This document shows, in pieces, positions 61,054 through 64,000 of a stretch of DNA of 64,000 nt. The DNA is taken from assembly GCF_006345805.1 (NCBI RefSeq), contig NC_043020.1, positions 6,510,001-6,574,000 of the forward strand, written 5' to 3'. This DNA is from Octopus sinensis. Lineage: Eukaryota. The position numbers and the translations under genes were made by a program. The notes under the pieces are model-generated. The model was not told where the DNA came from. It was given only the letters and a program-made list of their open reading frames with translations, and made no database searches. Within the stretch, counting starts at the first letter, position 1, and each line of letters begins with the position of its first letter.

Positions 61054-62089
61054 TTAAATCATTTATTTTTGACAAAACTTAAATCATTTATTTTTAAAAC
61101 AATTTCTTCAATTTTCTGTTTTTAAAAATTTTAAATTTCTAATTTCTGTTTTGTTTTCTTGTTGGTTGAATAAAAAAAATTATATTTTTTTGAAAATAAT
61201 TTTGTTCTGACTGTTTTTTAAGCTAAATCTTTTACCACTTCTGAGAACACACCAGAAATGTAACACAGTTAAATCTTTGACATTGCCTGAAGGGGTAGTG
61301 CATCTCTTCTTTGTTCCTGACTAAAAGTAGATTTAGCTTTCATTTTGGTTATCCTTTATTGCCTCTGCCTTCGCTAAGGCGGAGGTATTGTTTTTAGTTG
61401 CATTTGTTTGTCCATGGATAAGATATCTCAAGAACTGCTGGATGGATTCAGATGAAACATTCAGGGATGTTTGGCCTCATGACTAGCACATCATCATCAT
61501 CATCGTTTAACGTCCGCTTACCATGCTAGCATGGGTTGGACGGTTCAACTGGGGTCTGGGAAGCCAGAAGGCTGCACCAGGCCAGTCAGATCTGGCAGTG
61601 TTTCTACAGCTGGATGCTCTTCCTAACGCCAACCACTCCGAGAGTGTAGTGGGTGATTTTATGTGCCACCGACACAGGTGCCAGACGAGGCTGGCGAACG
61701 GCCATGCTTGGATGGTGTTTTTTACGTGCCACCGGCACGGAGGCCAGTCAATGCGGTAGTGGCTACGGCCACGTTCGGATGGTTTTATGTGCCACCGGCA
61801 CTGGTACCACAAAACTACAAATTCCATTAATGTTCATCGAGTTTGCTTTTGATTTTGTCCACAAACTGATTAGATTTTGGGATCAATCCAGTACCAGAGA
61901 AGGATTATTTTTTCTTGGGTTTTTTTTTATTCAATTTTTGAGTTCATTTTTAGTATTCTTGTTCGTGAGAGCAGTTGAGTTTATTTCAGATATTTCCATT
62001 TTAAAAATCATCTCCAGCTAATTGCCGAGAGGATGTCGATGTTGCCTTGGCGGAGGTTTGCGCTCTCTGGGTGCTCTTGTTGAAATTTG

Positions 62090-62250
62090 AAATGGATAAC
62101 CCAAAATTTCATATTCACATTGTAATGCTGTGATGCTGCAAAGACATTTGTGAAGTGTGTGGTGATGCTGCTCAACAGTTTGAAGGTGGTTTGCTAAATT
62201 TAAAGCGGGAGTTTAGCTTGGAAGATGACAGATGCAATGGAAGACCCTTC
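62090..62250 (+). mobile_element. Mariner transposase N-terminal fragment
   Basis: ICEVCGD.A ... RWFAKFKAG.FSLEDDR..GRP (HTH region), with frameshifts. Confidence 0.6.
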
Positions 62251-63359
62251 AGAATTGGATACTCTTACTCCTTTACTTGTTTCAGTCATTTGACTGTGGC
62301 CATGCTGGAGCACCGCCCTTAGTTGAGCAAATCGACCCCAGGACTTGTTCTTTGTAAGCCTAGTACTACTTATTCTATCGGCCTCTTTTTGCCGAACCAC
62401 TAAGTTACGGCGATGTAAATACACCAGTATCGATTCCAAGCGATGTTGGGGGGACAAACACAGACACACAAACATATACACTCACATATATATATACGAT
62501 GGGCTTCTTTCATTTTCCGTCTACCAAATCCACTCAAGGCTCTGGTCGTCCCGAGGCTATAGTAGAAGACACTTGCTCATGGTGCCGTGCAGTGTGACTG
62601 AACCTGGAACCATGTGGTTGGTAAGCAAGCTACTTACCACACAGCCACTCCTATGCCTAGGTTGAGGACGTTTTGAAGGTAAAAATTGGAAAAAAAGAAC
62701 AAGGACCATAGCGGTCATTTTTGACCAGGTGATTAAAGGATTTGAAAAAGTAAAAAGTACTTCTAGTGTTAAGTTGTGAGTTCAAATCCTGCTGAGGTCA
62801 ACTTTGCCTTTTATTGCTTGGGTTTATGTAATTAACTCCTCCTCCCCTCAAAATTTACTTAAAATAAGATTTATATTATTATTATTATTAAAGTAGAATT
62901 GTCCTAGTGCTGGTAGAATTGTCCTAGTTCTCTAAGTTCAGGGTTCAATCTCCACTGAGGTCATCTTTGCCTTTCATCCTTTTGGGGGTTGATAAAATAA
63001 GTACAATTGAAGTACTGGTCATCTTGGTACTCTGTCAGCTCCGATGACACGAGTTCCAGTTGATCCGATCAATGAAACATCCTGCTCATGAAATTAATGT
63101 TCAAGTGGCCGAGTACTCCACAGACATCTTGTATCTTTTACTGGCTTCAGCCATTTAACTTGTGGCCATGCTGGGGCACACCACCTTTGAAATTTTAATT
63201 GAATGTATTGACTTTTTTGTTTTTAAAACCTGTACTTTATCAGTATCTTTTTGCCAAACTGCTAAGTTACAGGGATGTAACCAGTTTTGTTTTCTATAAA
63301 TTTGAATTATATGTTTATAGGACGAAAGGTGAGGTTGATCTCAGCAATATCTGAAAGCC

Positions 63360-63680
63360 AGAGGGGCAGCAAGCTGGCAGAATCGTTAGCATGCCGGGTG
63401 AAATGCTTAGCAGTATTTCATCTGCTGTTACGTTCTGAGTTCAAATTCCGCCGAGGTCGACTTTGCCTTTCATCCTTTTGGGGTCGATTAAATAAGTACC
63501 AGTTATGCACTAGGGTCAATACAATCGACTTAATCCGTTTGTCTGTCCTTATTTGTCCCCTCTGTGTTTAGCCCCTTGTGGGTAGTAAAGAAAAAGGTAT
63601 TTCGTCTGCTGTTATGTTCTGAGTTCAAATTCCGCCGAGGTCAACTTTGCCTTTCATCCTTTCGGGGTCGCTTGAATCTT
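63360..63680 (+). mobile_element. SINE family 2 (Nin-like), dimer
   Basis: Same core as 23020-23430. Confidence 0.8.
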
Positions 63681-63967
63681 TTTACACATGCCACTGGCAC
63701 AGGTGCCAGTAAGGTGATGCTGGTAACAATCACGCTCGAATGGTTTCTCCTACATGCCACCGGCATGGAGGCCAGATAGCCGCTCTGGCAATGATCACAC
63801 TCAGATGGTGCTCTTTAAGGCGACGCTGGTAACAATCACGCTCGAATGGTGCCTTTTAAGTGCCACTGGCACGGAAGCCGGTTAGCCGCTCTGTCAATGA
63901 TCACACTCGTATGGTGCTCTTTGCACCCCGCTAGTACGGACGCCAGTCATTGAATTGGATTTTGATT

Positions 63968-64000
<33 letters not shown>

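Overview
AT-rich, repeat-saturated metazoan genomic DNA. The SINE and microsatellite content points to an octopus or other coleoid cephalopod (inference, not proven). The window holds two + strand protein-coding genes. (1) The 3' part of aquarius (AQR; Upf1-like SF1 spliceosomal RNA helicase): 21 phase-consistent GT-AG exons at 271-33401 (about 885 codons; the 5' part lies upstream of the window), plus a probable two-codon terminal exon at 36233. (2) A divergent doublesex/mab-3 (DM-domain, DMRT family) transcription factor, CDS join(52733-53018, 57105-57757), 312 aa, with all eight Zn ligands intact but an atypical recognition helix. It has a candidate alternative last exon at 57933 that would give a short dsx-like isoform. 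The rest is repeat: tRNA-derived SINE families, LINE fragments (Tx1/L1-like, RTE, CR1, R4/Dong-like), mariner derivatives, hAT, piggyBac-like and Merlin-like MITEs, a dense Helitron cluster around the DM gene, a 4.2-kb 42-bp minisatellite, a 1.5-kb GCATGCAA(GT)n satellite, and two non-TE-like long hairpins (14452-14567, 60913-61053). Most long ORFs in the track are artefacts of simple repeats. All calls are by eye from motif recognition; no searches were run, and repeat boundaries are approximate unless TSDs are quoted.
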